64,000 nucleotides of DNA from Saccostrea cucullata. Its lineage: Eukaryota. Location: the NCBI RefSeq assembly GCF_032062105.1, contig NW_026930642.1, forward strand, positions 310,001 to 374,000, given 5' to 3'. The translations under genes and the position numbers were made by a program. This document shows positions 50,871-64,000 of this stretch, one piece after another. The stretch's first letter is position 1. Each line of letters begins with the position of its first letter. The notes beneath the pieces are model-generated. The model searched no databases, had not been told where the DNA came from, and was given only the letters and a program-made list of their open reading frames with translations.

Positions 50871-51707
50871 AGCATGCATGACACATATTATTTTTATATT
50901 TTAGCAACATTTGTTTATATTAGAACTTGTTAAACTTATTTTCGGGAAGCGGCGCGCGCGCAATGTAGAAACTGGGTCATATTTTTACCACGGTTTGCAG
51001 CGAGAGTTAAAACTTCTTTGCAGAATGACAAGTAATATTGATATTTTTTGTTTCAAACAATTCAGTTATTTTAACTGTCATTTTCTTTAATAAAACCGAT
51101 CAAGGAAAACAATTTATATTTGCATTTGTATATACATATGTATACTGCACATCAATTGGTCTAACTAATGAAATTCAGTGAACTGCTTAACTTTCCGGCT
51201 TGACTTGCATTTATAACTTTTTTTTTGTTTTTATGTACTTGGCAACCACTGATTCATTTTTCTAAAGTAAAGATTTCATATTTTATTGACCACGGTTGAA
51301 TATTTTACAGTCTGTTGATCTTCGTTACAAGTAAAGTTACGACAATATTTGAGGTCTCTGCTATAAATACTAATTGGTCACTTACGATGGTATTTGATTC
51401 CGATCTACTAAGTTCTTTTATGATCTACCTGCGGCTGGGTGGTTGCACGCCTGGGTGATTTCTGTGCACCCCGCTATTGATTTTGGCGGGGTGCCATTTC
51501 GATTTAAACTTCCTTGTTAAGAAGAGATCTATACAAGTGACCTGAACACGTTTGTCGCGATAAGTCGTGTCATATTATCTGTCAAAATTATCATTGCAAC
51601 AGTTTTAAGTAATACTTTGGACCATAATCTAAACTTTTAAGCGAATAAAATATGCATAACAAAAAAGTAGATTTTGCAAGTTGTATATATATATTTTTTT
51701 CTCTCAG

Positions 51708-53999
51708 ATGGTTCAGAGGAAACAAACGCAACCGATCATTCCCCAGAGGAAACCAATACGCCCTATTGAGCGCCAGAAAATGCGGCCATGGTTGGTCAAT
51801 CTTCTGAATAATGAGAACATCGAGGGATTTTCTTGGGAGTCTCAGGAGCGCGAGACATTCCGGATCTCCTGGAGACACGCTGCCAGACAAGGGTGGGATC
51901 CCGAGGTGGATGCCGGGCTGTTCGAACTATGGGCCAAACATACGGGTACATTGACACATGTTCTTTTTACTTTATTGATTCCACTGTTTGACGACCGCAA
52001 TAGTTAATGATTCATCGCTTCAAACAAATGAAAGACATACTGCACAACGCAACACACACTCTGACTGCATGAGTATAAGGTTTCAACTTCGTGCAACTTA
52101 GTCTAGAGTCCTTTAAAGATCGCGGCGACTCAATAGTTTGTCAAAATATGAAACAAGTACAATGTACTTGAAATTTTCTTTCCGTGCTTGATATAGCGTC
52201 ATAAACTAGGTTATATTTTAAAATTAATGTAGGAAAATACGTGGTGGGTGATGAACCCGATCCCAAAAGGTGGAAGGCTAACTTCAGGTGTGCCTTAAAC
52301 AGCCTCCCCGACGTCAAACAGCTCAAAGATCAAGGCCAAAGGAAGGGCAAGGACGCATATAAAGTTTACCAGTTCCTCAACGAGAAAAAAGCCGTCCACA
52401 AACACAAATCTGCAGGTACAAAACACCCCCACCCCCACCCCCTAAAAAACCTCACAATGACCTAAAGTAATTTTCATTGAATACCAATGTTGTCGGTCCT
52501 TTTCCAGATTGTTTTACCTCGATCTGTTTGTAATTTTGTCAATTGTTATTTCAGAGCGAACCTCTGTACCAAAAATAACCCAGACCAAAACGAAGAGGAG
52601 TCTGCGAGCTCGCAATACCAAGAGAATCTCTTACAGGAAGATGGTAGAGATGGACAGCGAAGGCGAAGAGGAGGAGTCTTCCTCAGACTTCATCATGTCG
52701 GAATCCGACAGCTCAGCTTCTGTGGGGGTCAGTGTAATAATGTCTACTTAAGGAGGAGCGAGAATTCTCATCTTTTTAAAACTAGCTTAGTTGAGTAGTA
52801 TCCATAGGACTATAACAAATCTTTCCCTTTGTTTAGAATGACACCCCAGAGCGAATGGACGACATCTCATCAGACAACGAGCCAGTATTTGAGGAAAGCT
52901 TAGAAACACGCCTCCCAGATTTCAATAAAATCTGTAAATCCACAGGTATGTTTACTTTGATTTTGATATATGAAAAATGAATCGCATAATCAATAGCAAT
53001 AGCATATCTCAGTGAATAGATGTCTTGCCAAATAAAATGAACATTAATAAATATATTGGTCTTTTCTGACAGTGATGATCATGTTACTATTTTTAGATCT
53101 CACATCCCTCCAGCTGCCCCCGGAGAAGGACCTCCGAGGTCACGTGCCTTGCCCTTACCCCAGTACCAACACTCTTTTCCAGTCCCTCTCCCAGGTATCC
53201 CCCTCCATCGGGGGAACTAGAGATGATGGTAAGTTATTTTTTCATTAAAGGTATTTCAGTCTTTATATTAAAGAATGGTGTAGCAATTATTTTAAATTCA
53301 GTGCAATAAGGTTAAATATTTTGCATTCATGCTAAATGGACAAGTAAATACTGAGTAAAAAGCCTTAAAGGTAGTTTTATTAAAAGATTAAAGCAAAGCA
53401 TGTGTTGTAAAAGTGCTTGAAGAGGGTTTAAATTTTTAATTTTTTTTCACGGTTTACAGAGTCCGCCTCGACCACAAGCAGCACATTAACTGACGAAGAA
53501 CTGATACAGCTGGTTATGGAAGCCGAGGTCCAAACACCGGAAACGGAATACCCCGATTTGTGGGGCAGTGGACTTCCGGTGCCACAGGAGGTCGCTTACG
53601 TTGATGCCATAATTGGTAAGGACCAATATATTTATTAACAAAATAACATTTCTAGTAAATTGAAATGCTGTTTGTTACTTTAACTTTCAAACTAATTTTA
53701 ATTACACTGTTATTTTTTTCTCTCTAGAAGAGGGTGATACGACCTACTTAATTTTGGACAATGTGGAAAATGAAGTTGTGATCACAGATACCCCCGCAGT
53801 ACGCTGTGAACAGATCACAAATGGAGAGGTCATGGTAAGGGTGAAATCTGGCATTCAGTAATAAAAAACACAAACATTTACCGATAACACACGTAATACT
53901 TAGATAAACATGATAAAGGGACAATGGAGGGTAATTTAAATTATAGTCCTCTTTATTTTGTAGCAGTACACTGGATTGACTGATCTCTCACAGCTATGA
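51708..53999 (+). CDS. Interferon regulatory factor, IRF1/IRF2 type (IRF-A), 8 coding exons, ~377 aa
   Basis: Exons 51708-51945, 52233-52415, 52555-52727, 52837-52945, 53097-53228, 53460-53615, 53728-53834, 53964-53999; 1134 nt. DNA-binding domain RQKMRPWL...W...FRISWRHAARQGW...LFELWAKHTGKY...[19 protein letters not shown]. A basic NLS-like segment and an acidic tail follow; no IAD1/SMAD-like domain is visible. Confidence 0.93.
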
Positions 54000-56900
54000 A
54001 CTAATAAAGTGACTCTGTGAAAAAAAACACTGATAATCCAATTATCATCCGTCGGTCGGACTGACAAACCAGCGAAGGCCCCGTCGATTTCAAGAGTGTA
54101 TTCATCCGCCATTCTTCGAAGAGAATCATCCTTCATCATTCATTATATACTATTGTTGGGGTGAATTAATGACGACGATTTGATTTTTATTGTCTTTGTG
54201 GGAAAGGAAGCTGGTCTCCATTTTCTCATTTTGTGCAATATCGTGATATATCTTGTCACGTGACTGAGAATGTCATATGACGGACAAACCATACCAATTG
54301 CTCAGGTTGAAAACAAAATTAAAATAAAAGGACCAATCGTTTCCATGACGATTATACCGGTGCACTGTTGAGTAAAAAAGGAATAAAAAAAAGACATAAA
54401 CATTAAATGGAAATTACATGTGCAAACTGACACTTGTATGTAGACAAACATGTACTTGATAATGTATAATGTGTATGTTGCTGAATACTAGTAAAATGTG
54501 ATATATCTGAAGGAATATGCTTTGTGTTTTATCAACAAACAATGAATAGACGTTATAAAATTCGCTTTCTTTCAAATTAAGAATATAAGCTTTATATACT
54601 GTGTATAATTTTACAAAAGCGAAATGGCAACCGTGAGGGTTACCCAGGGCTTTTGTTTAATGTATTGTTGCACATCTAATTGCAACTTCAGCATCACGAT
54701 TCAAACTCAAATGTTTCACACTGTAATCCAGAATACCGGAAGACATTTTGAGAGAGGTTTTGGGCATGGAACAACATTTCAAATTTTGTTTATACCTCTA
54801 TGACATGCCCAAGAAGGGTCACCTAAAATTTAAATGGAAATGAAGTTTAATTTTACTTTCTCAAACCCTGGGATAAATTTAACAGAGCAGGCTAATTATA
54901 TGGAAAACATGTAGGAGGATGATGACTGGGTCGTAAACTATCAAAAGAATGTCCGACCTCTGAAAATATAGAAGTGGTCACCTACTCAAGATAATAGTTA
55001 TATTATATGCGAAACTGGATATTTAAAAATCCAAAACAAGAAAATGTAGAAAAAGTTTTCTTGTAATTAATGTCAAAAGTTCGTAAGGAACCATACCCTT
55101 TTAGCCAAAAAAAAAAAATCATCAACAACAACAACAACAACAACAAAAGAAACTGGGTTAGAGATGAAAAAGCCGATTCCTTACAACAATTGGATAATGA
55201 AAATCCTAAATTAAGAAAATAAAGAAAAACATTGCATACCAGTTTTCATAAGGAACTATGCCCTTTTAGCCCCGAGGAATACCCGAATAAAATGCAGATT
55301 TCTTATAACACATTTGCATATAGGCATTATAGTAGAATATAAATTCATAAACACTAAGAAAAAATACAAACCTTATTTAAAAGTACATCCTTAGGGACCC
55401 CTTGAGGAGCCCCTAGGGCAACATAAAAGCGTTACATCCACCCGACCTACATGTGCATCTAAATCGTACGCAATGGATATACAGTTGAACCTCGTTTATC
55501 CGGATACTCCAGCACTTCGATTCCAGGCCATATCATTCGAATAACTGAATCTCATCTGAACTCATTCGCGAAGTAGGTTTTTACGAGCAGTATTACATAA
55601 CATAATTGTTTAAGTGTTAATTGTCAAGACCCCCCTCCCCCCCCCCCTAAAAAAATGAATCGAAGAGTAGGTTAAAAATTACACAGATCTGGTGATATAA
55701 AAAGGTGGTGTTATCAGGTGTAATGCCAGAAATATACTTGTACTTACTCCTAATGTGACAAGACCCACGGTCAACTGAGTATATGTTGGAGTTTCGCAAG
55801 ATTTGGCCACTGTAGTTTCCTCAGAGTCTGGAACTCTCTCCTAGTCTCGTGTGACAACAATTAAGTTAAGAAGTCCCATAACCCTTTTCTTACTACTTCT
55901 AATGCAGCTCGGGAGTAAACTGTATGACAGGTTTTAATATATCTCATACCTGGACGTCCATGATAAGAAAAACAATGTTTCATGACCAACTACTAGTTCA
56001 TTTTGAGTTTCCACCTTTGGCTGTGATGTTAGTTACAGGGGTCATGTAATTCTCAAGTCTGATAAAAGATGAAGCATCTGATCATTATTATCTCAGCTAG
56101 ATGTCCATGAGCAACGAAGTAAGGATTTTCAAAATTTGCCCACTCAGAAGCCTGAAAACCTTGAACCAAAGGGCCACCAAATTCAAAATTTTTGTAAAGA
56201 GTTCATATACTCATGTAATCATTCCAACCGATAAACCGAAATATCTGACGTTTTTCAGTCTTTATTAACGATTTTGATATTTTACGTGCCTGGCCAAAAA
56301 AAAAGTAAGGAAAACGTAAGATATTTCGGACAACCGTATGCAGAAAAAAGGATTTGTTTGAGATTGCAATAATTTTGAAGGTTTTTGTCCCATTCTAAAG
56401 TCCAAGGAAAACATGTACAGACCCCACGAAACCAATGTAAACATTTCATGTTCACTACACGCTATATATAATGGAATTCGTCAAACCAACCGTTCTACGG
56501 AAGCTGGAAATAATGTATGACGACGGACAAAAGCAGACAACAATAGATCACGTGATTCATGGGACCTTAATATGCAAGGTATAGCAAATAAAACTCGAAC
56601 ACACAAAACACACATATACAAAAAGGTGAGTTTTTTCTCGGTACTAGATTTTTTAATACAAGATCAACTTTTTACAATTTTATTAATACCCTAAGGGAAG
56701 AGGGCTGCGGGGAAAAGGGAGTTGTAAAGAATGGTGGCAAAGTGGGGAACTACAACGAGCAAGAAAACAAGCACCCTCAGCAGCTCACCCCAACCGACTT
56801 GAAAAATCTATATATATTAGGGAACTGCAAAAGTGGTAGTTAGTTACCACACTCCCCCTTTCGTTCTATGTAACACAAGACAGATTTCTTTATTGTTATA

Positions 56901-57008
56901 CAATAGCGTTAAAAAATCATTACAGAAAAAAACAAGACACCCCAGTTTGTAAAACATAGGTTTCGCATTTCTAATTCATTTCGTTTCCCCCTCTTTTTGC
57001 TTTGACTT

Positions 57009-57340
57009 TTTTATACCCCCCGCTTGAAAAGCGGGAGGGTATATAGTAATCGTTAATTCCGTCCGTCTGTACGTCTGTCCGTCCATCCGTCCGTCTGTTA
57101 CGCTTTGGGGTACCCATCTCTTATCCGCAACTCCTCTCATACCACTGAATGAAATTTGATGCAACTTTCACAGAACCTTTATTACATATTGCCATTGTGC
57201 ACCTCCTATTTTACTTTTTGATCCGACACATATTTTGGGTTTCCTGGCCACAGGAAAACATGGAATTTTTCACCAGTTATAACCATATGGGAGGCGGGGG
57301 GTATCATTTAGTGAGCTCATCGCTCACAGTACCTCTAGTT
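57009..57340 (+). mobile_element. Short HINE/Helitron-type element (family B), copy 2
   Basis: tttataccccccgcttgaaaagcgggagggtata, (gtcc/gtct)n, and 3' gtgagctcatcgctcacagtacctctagtt. Confidence 0.8.
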
Positions 57341-57699
57341 TTTTGTAGATATATATATATACCTGAATACATCCCCTGAATCCTCTCGTAAAGAAGCTAT
57401 TAAAACATACTTAATTGTTACTTTCCATAAACGTCCTTTGTGTCTATAGTTCCCACATTAAAGGTGGGGATTTTTTTGCTCGACATACATATATTATACT
57501 GGTGTTAGGTAACCAGTCTTTATCTGATGTAAAATGATACACTATTTTACAGAGAAAACATTTATAAATGGCAACAAATGTAAATCACTTGATCTGGTTA
57601 GGGTAAAAAGTAACAAGGGTACGTTAGACCATGTTGTTTCTGTATCATACATACATGTACTCGCAGTATTAACAATAAACTTCAATTGCTTTCTAAGTC

Positions 57700-59076
57700 A
57701 ACAAGAGGCCCAGGGGCCACATCGCTCACATGAGCACATCGGCTAGGAAAATCCACATATCAGATCAGAACTGAAAGTTTACGGGGGTGGTTGGGGGTGG
57801 GGTGGGGGGCTTGAATTTTAATACTATTTGAGAATGCCTTCATATCAATACAGTATATGACTTTGCTGTTCTCGATAACAAGATTTCTTTATAAACATTT
57901 TGTTTCTATATATTACTTCGTAATAACTTGAATTTGATTCCCCATTGTTTTCCTCCCTACCCCAAAGGGCCATGATTTGAACAAATTTATATCTTCAATA
58001 CATGATGCTTACATGAGGGTATCACTAAACAAAGCTTTTCTGTTCTTAAGATTTTTCCCTTTATTTTTCTATGTAAAACTTTGATCCACCATTGTGATCC
58101 CACCCTTCCCTTGGGGATTATGATTTGAACAAATTTAATTCTACACTACCTGAGAATGCTTCCATATAAATACTAGTATCACTAATCATGGATTTGCTAT
58201 TCTTGAGAAGATTTTTATATATTATAATGTAAAACTTGGATCCCCCATTGTGGTCCCACCCTATCCATGGGGGTTATGATATGAACAAACCAGAATCTAC
58301 GCTACCTGAGGAGGATTCCATATATAAATATCACTAATCATGGCTTTGAAGTACTTGAGAAGCTAATTTTAAAAGATTTTTCCTATATATTCCTACGTAA
58401 AACTTTGACCGGCCATTTTGGCCCCACCCTACCCCCGGGGCTCATGATTTAAACAAACTTGAATCTACACTACCTGAGGATGATTTCACATGAATTCCAT
58501 CTTTCCTGTCTCAATGGTTTATGAGAAGAAGAATTTTCCTATATATTCCTATGTAAAACTTTGATCGACCCCATCCTACCCCCGGGGGGTCATGATTTGA
58601 ACAAACTAGAATCTACACTACCTGAGGATGATTCCATATAAATATCTCTAATCATGGCTTAGAAGTACTTGAAAAGAGGATTTTAAAAGTTTTCCCTATA
58701 TATTCATATGTAAAACTTTGATCGGCCATGGTGGCCCCTCGCTACCCCCAGGGGTCATGATTTGAACAAACTAGAATCTACACTGCCTGAGGATGATTCC
58801 ATATGAATATCACTAATCATGGCTTAGAAGTACTCGAAAAGAGGATTTTAAAAGTTTTCCCTATATATTCATATGTAAAACTTTGATCGGCCATGGTGGC
58901 CCCTCCCTACACCTGGGGTCATGATTTGAACAAACTTAAATCTATACTACCTGAGTGTGATTCCACATGAGTTTCATCTTTCCTGGCCCAATAGTTCTTG
59001 AGAAAAAGATTTTTTTTAAATGACATTAATTTTTCTATAATTCATAATTATACTTAGTATCTTCCCTTGGAAAAGA

Positions 59077-59121
<45 letters not shown>

Positions 59122-59133
59122 GTACTTTGTAGA

Positions 59134-59195
<62 letters not shown>

Positions 59196-59276
59196 ACGAC
59201 AACAACGACGAAGACAGAGAACGGACAAATTTTGATCAGAAAAGCTCAATTGAGCCTTCGGCTCAGGTGAGCTAAA
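57700..59276 (-). mobile_element. Complete Helentron/HINE element with about 7 Cg170-like units; same subfamily as 42003-43203
   Basis: Shared end aacaagaggcccaggggccac...ggctaggaaaa...cagatcagaactgaaagttta; catgatttgaacaaac units; gagccttcggctcaggtgagctaa. Confidence 0.9.
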
Positions 59277-59364
59277 AATGTACAAACACAAATTAAAATT
59301 AATCCAGACAAGTGAAATTTGCAGAAAATAGTTAGATACTCGAGGAAGGGAGAGGGTTTTTTTT

Positions 59365-59650
59365 TCTTTGTTTGTTGTTTAACATCCCTCTCAAGATTTG
59401 TTTACTCATAGAATATGGAGACGTCACCACTTGCCGGCAGAGGGCCGCAAACTTATTCCTGTTGTCTTCCTGGCATACTTAGGGCTATTGAGCAGTCCGG
59501 ATTGTTTTCATGTCAACACCTACTGTAACACGGGTCTTCGGTTTGTACAGCTTCATCCGAAGGAACAGTTTCCACATTCCGCAGTGGATTCGGAACGCCT
59601 TCTTACTCTACGACTCTAAAGCAGACGCTTTAGCCACTATCCAACGCCGG
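59365..59650 (-). mobile_element. tRNA-derived SINE, decayed
   Basis: The minus strand starts with an A-box-like tagtggctaaagcg and a B-box-like gttccgaatcc, and ends in an (aaca)n/A-rich tail near 59365-59380. Confidence 0.6.
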
Positions 59651-60467
59651 CAACGAATAAGGAGAGGGGGGGGGGGAGGTGAAGGCCAGGGACTGCAGAA
59701 TGGCGTGAGACCGGAGAAGGGGACAAGAAGGGGGATAAAGTCATTAAAACTTATTAAATTTTGTATACATTAGACAATGCAGATTGGGAGTGGGTTTGTC
59801 TCGAATCCTCTGGATACACATTTGAACTTTATATAGGAAACATTTTAACAGAAGTATAATAATATGTTTTATCATTATGCTTCAATGGTATAAGGAAATC
59901 TATAAAAGCAAATATGAAATCTTATGACTGACTATCTTTAAAATCCATCACACTATTTGTCTCGCTCTGAAAAAATGATATGATTTAATTAAATTTTGAT
60001 ATCCATACATTATAATCCAAAACGAAATTGAAAATTTAAACGTTTTTCAGCAATTATCGACTTGCCCCCCTCTCGTATCATCATACCATATGCTTAATTA
60101 TCATAACTTTAACCCAGATTTACATGATATACTGTATACATTTTTTCTGAGTATCGCTTTTACTTATACTTATCCTTTCTCTTTCTTCCCCAGAAAAAAA
60201 AATCCCAACCTATCTTTGGTGATGGGATAAGTGCACATTGTTATACTTATGACATCCCTCCCCCTACTATTGATTTTTAAACAAAATACATGTAAACAGG
60301 ATGTCATCTGCAAAAATATTTAATTCTAAGCTACATTTGGTCATTGATAAGGATAAAAATTAAAATTGTTTGCTTAATAATCAATAAATGACGTAAAACA
60401 GAACAACATTGAATGTTTTAACTGATATGATATTTTTAGATTAACCTTAGGTTAAACCTTCATACAT

Positions 60468-60530
60468 AGGGAGTCACGTGACTCAATACCAAGAAAAAGT
60501 CAATTTATACATTCTTGGGAAGTCCTCATA
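60468..60530 (+). promoter_or_regulatory. Candidate promoter elements of IRF-B
   Basis: Perfect 14-bp palindrome GAGTCACGTGACTC (60471-60484); STAT-like TTCTTGGGAA (N4 spacing) overlapping kappaB-like GGGAAGTCCT at 60512-60526. Confidence 0.45.
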
Positions 60531-60980
60531 TCTTTATAATGGCGGCAAATTTACATTTTGCTTTTTGAAAAATACTTGGAGAGATTTGAGAAATTCTCAT
60601 TTCTACCTAAATCAGAGAAATATAATGGCAAAAATTTTCAGCATGAAGTTTATGACACGCGGACTCGTTGTAAATGTAAACATATCACACAATGCATTGC
60701 GCTATACATCGACTGCCGTTTTCAGAAATTCATCGCAGCTCGATTTTGCTTTTCTGAAAACAAGCTAGCAAATCGACCAGATACTATAAGATTCAAAGTA
60801 GTGAATACGGATTTAAGAAGAGTCTCTCTGAATCGTTTCCAAAGAAGCTGACACTTTTGTCAAAATTTTTATTTTTATTAATATTTTTGTGATATTTTAT
60901 TTATTTATTTATCTCTCTCTCTTGATTCTGGACATTGACTTCTTTTGGACTTGTTTACTGTGTTTCTAAGGTAAACTACA

Positions 60981-63285
60981 ATGGGATTTGACAAAAATAA
61001 ACGGACAGATGAAAAAATGACGAAAAAGCGGCCGATTGAGCGGCAGAAAATGCGGCCATGGCTGCAGGACATGTTGGAAAATGGTGGCGTCCAAGGGCTG
61101 GAATGGTTTGATAAACCTAAAGATCAGTTTAAAATCAACTGGAAGCATGGGTCTAGACACGGCTTCAACACCAGAAAAGACGCCAGTCTCTTTGAGAAAT
61201 ACGCCCAACACACAGGTCAGTAATAAATTGATTCTACATGTCCAGTCTTAGTCAAGTAGGGCCTAGTACTTCCTTCTCCACCTCCTACCCTCCAAATATC
61301 ACATGATTCAGCCTTTTAGAATTTTTTTTATTAAACTAGGATTTTTTTTCATGGACAACTTTAATTTTGAATTGTGAATAGGCCGAACTTTCGTCTATTT
61401 AATCATCAAAATTTAATGCACACCTCTATAAATTTTCATTTATTGATAATGCATTCAAGTGCGTGAATTTACGTCAACATAGAGAACCCAATTTACTTAT
61501 ATTCGGTCATTTATTTCTTACTTTGTATATTTCTATATCCTATATCTTTGTATATTTATGTCTTTGATTTTGTTGTTCGAATAATGAAACACAAATCTGA
61601 AATATTTTAGCACATTTTAACAAAAGAGTTTAAATTAATTTTAATTAATTTACATTTTTAAAGATGGAAATATTTTGCACATAAGTTTTCTGCGTTTTTT
61701 CAAGTTTTTTTTTTCCAGTCTGACATCATAAAAAATGCTGTTTTCGTTCATGTTGATGACCTGAATTACATATGATTCAGAAAAAAACACCTCAGAATTA
61801 AATTAACATCTTAGTTTAAACTTTATTTCATTTAAATTAGACATCATATATACACAGTAGATGATACACACAGGATTCGGAAACGAACCGTTTCCTTAAA
61901 TTAACTTTCAACTATTTATAAATAAACATTTGTTTATAACAAAATCTTCATTTATTACATTTATTAAAATAATGTTAAAATGAGGATAAAAAATGTTGAA
62001 TACCAATACAAAATTTTAAAAATTTACACGTGAAAACTCTACAATAATTTGAAAAATCATTTTTATTGATTCTTTTTTTTTTTTTTTTTTAATTTATTAA
62101 AATATTTAATTATCTTTTTTTGTACGATTCAACAGTATCAAAATTGAAGAATTAAAATTTTTTTAAATTATAACGATTTTTTATAATATTTAAGATAAAT
62201 ATTTGTTTATTAAAGCCAAATTTGAACATTTTTTTATCATGGCTATTGCCACACCACTGTAACATTTTAAGTTGTAATAATTTTGTTTTAGAAAGATTAA
62301 TTTTTACTCGATCCTGGTATAAAATTTTTATTTCTAATTCCTGACCTTATTTTTGTTTTATTTTCGGAGAATATTTCAACATTCTGCATGTGGTTTATAA
62401 AACAACAAAAAATTACATGAATTTGTTTATATACAAGTATTAATATTATTTACGCGAAACCTTGAAGGCATGTTCTCCGAGCTATTTTAATATATACAAA
62501 TTAAATAAATAAAATTAATTCTTTTTATATTAAAAAAGGATAGTTGTATTTTACCAAACTTTACAAATTCGTGTTAAAAAAAATAATTCTTGAAATTTAT
62601 TTTGCTATGAAAATTATGAAATATAATGTTTCACTATAAATGATAGCTGAATGTTGGAGGACAAAACAGTAACTATTTCGATGTATTTGTTATTTAATAT
62701 CTATGCGCATGCTTGTCGACATGCTTTCCGAGCAGAAGTAAACGTACATTTTTTATTTTATTTTTAATTCTTCGTTTAAAATCTAAACCTGCGAAAATCT
62801 AAGAAAAATCTCAAAAACTGGGAAAATTGACATAATACTCGTTCATTTTCTTAAGAATATATAATATTTTTATTTTTTTTAACCACACTATACAAAACAG
62901 AATTTTTAAAAGAAATCTTCATTTTCTTATTAATTTTATTATAATATAAAAACAATAAAACAATATTTTTCTTTATGTAACAATAAAGAAGTATTCTTTA
63001 TCATTAAAACGGAAAAAAAAAAGTTAAAAAAAGGTTGAAATATTTTGTCTGGCATAATTGATTATTTTAATTATGTACAAAAAAGTACATCAGATCTTTT
63101 GTCTTTTCAAATTAATATTTATAAGTTTCAATTGAATACAAATATAGACAATGTACCATTTCGTTCAGACAACAACAAAAAAAAAATTACTTTGTTTTAC
63201 AACAATAAAATTGCTCGACATTTATGTATTTTGATTTCAGTTTTTCCCCTAGCGTAAAGAAAGAAAAAAAAATGCTTTTTTTCAT

Positions 63286-63320
<35 letters not shown>

Positions 63321-63835
63321 GTTAAATAAATAAATAGTTAAAAAAATTTTAAAAATACATATTTAAAAAAAAAAAAATGAGTCTATGAATTTCCCCGTCT
63401 TTCATCTATAATAAAATCATTTTTTTAAAATGATGTTTATTAAACTAAATCTCATAACCCCTTTAATAGAACAAAAAAAAATTAATAAGGAAATCAATCA
63501 ATCACATGTATAAATTTCTCCAGACATTCTAAAACAACCCCCCCCCCCCCAAAATGCATGCTATGGCTTTTTCCTTAACCAAAAGTCAGTAAATGTAGTT
63601 GGACTGCATACCAAACATAGTTTTCAAAGAAGTTTTCAAAGTTGTTTTAAAATTTTAATTATAGGACGGTGGGATCCCGATGATCCAAACCCAAAGAAAT
63701 GGAAGGCAAACTTCCGGTGTGCTCTCAACAGTCTCCAAAACGTCATGGAGATCAAACAACTGGGAGAAAGCAAGGGTGCGCATGCCTACCGGGTATATCA
63801 ATTTTTGCCGGAGGAGGAGACGAAACCAAAAGATG
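60981..63835 (+). CDS. Second interferon regulatory factor, IRF1/IRF2 type (IRF-B); only the first two coding exons lie in the window
   Basis: Exons 60981-61215 and 63665-63835, with a phase-1 intron at the same HTG position as IRF-A. Sequence: [12 protein letters not shown]...LEWF...FKINWKHGSRHGF...[33 protein letters not shown]. The gene continues past the window end. Confidence 0.93.
63287..63319 (+). repeat. 33-nt poly-G tract in IRF-B intron 1
   Basis: Uninterrupted G run inside an extremely AT-rich intron. Confidence 0.9.
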
Positions 63836-64000
63836 GTAAAAATATATAAAAACACTAAGTATCTGCACTTCCCAATACTGCAAAGCCGAACAATTTTCAA
63901 AAAAAAATTAAACATCATAGTATAAAAGAAATATTAAATATTACAATAAATAGATACTAGTAAATAAATAAAGGATGATATGAAATTTACATTGAAATTT

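Noticed and set aside
59580-59650. Possible tRNA gene
   Set aside because: Only degenerate A and B boxes with no convincing cloverleaf; it is attached to a SINE body.

Overview
AT-rich, intron-rich animal genomic DNA, very likely an oyster (Ostreidae). The inference rests on repeated Helentron/HINE-type elements carrying the ~166-bp Cg170-like satellite unit, together with bivalve-type MITE, SINE and Penelope relics. Five host genes were reconstructed exon by exon with GT-AG boundaries and consistent phases. (1) DAPP1/Bam32 (SH2+PH, +, 5772-11380). (2) An unnamed minus-strand gene (24653-15798) fusing an N-myristoylation motif and a calcineurin-B/CHP-like four-EF-hand fold to a C-terminal death domain. 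(3) NCOA4, the ferritinophagy receptor (+, 25897-32198), head-to-head with gene 2. (4) and (5) Two tandem IRF1/2-type interferon regulatory factors (+, 51708-53999, and 60981 to beyond the window end). Just downstream of NCOA4 is a complete 5.6-kb ISL2EU-type DNA transposon (32724-38324, AT TSD) with a THAP-DDE transposase and a convergent SAP-SWIM-YqaJ nuclease gene carrying one homopolymer frameshift. The rest is nested non-autonomous transposons. The best leads are the CNB-like/death-domain fusion protein, a stop-free in-frame intron splitting the conserved C-x5-C-x5-C-x5-C Fe-S motif of NCOA4, a scrambled duplicate PH exon in DAPP1 with an intact acceptor, and a ~1-kb triple-TSD foldback. 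All calls were made by eye; no database searches were run.
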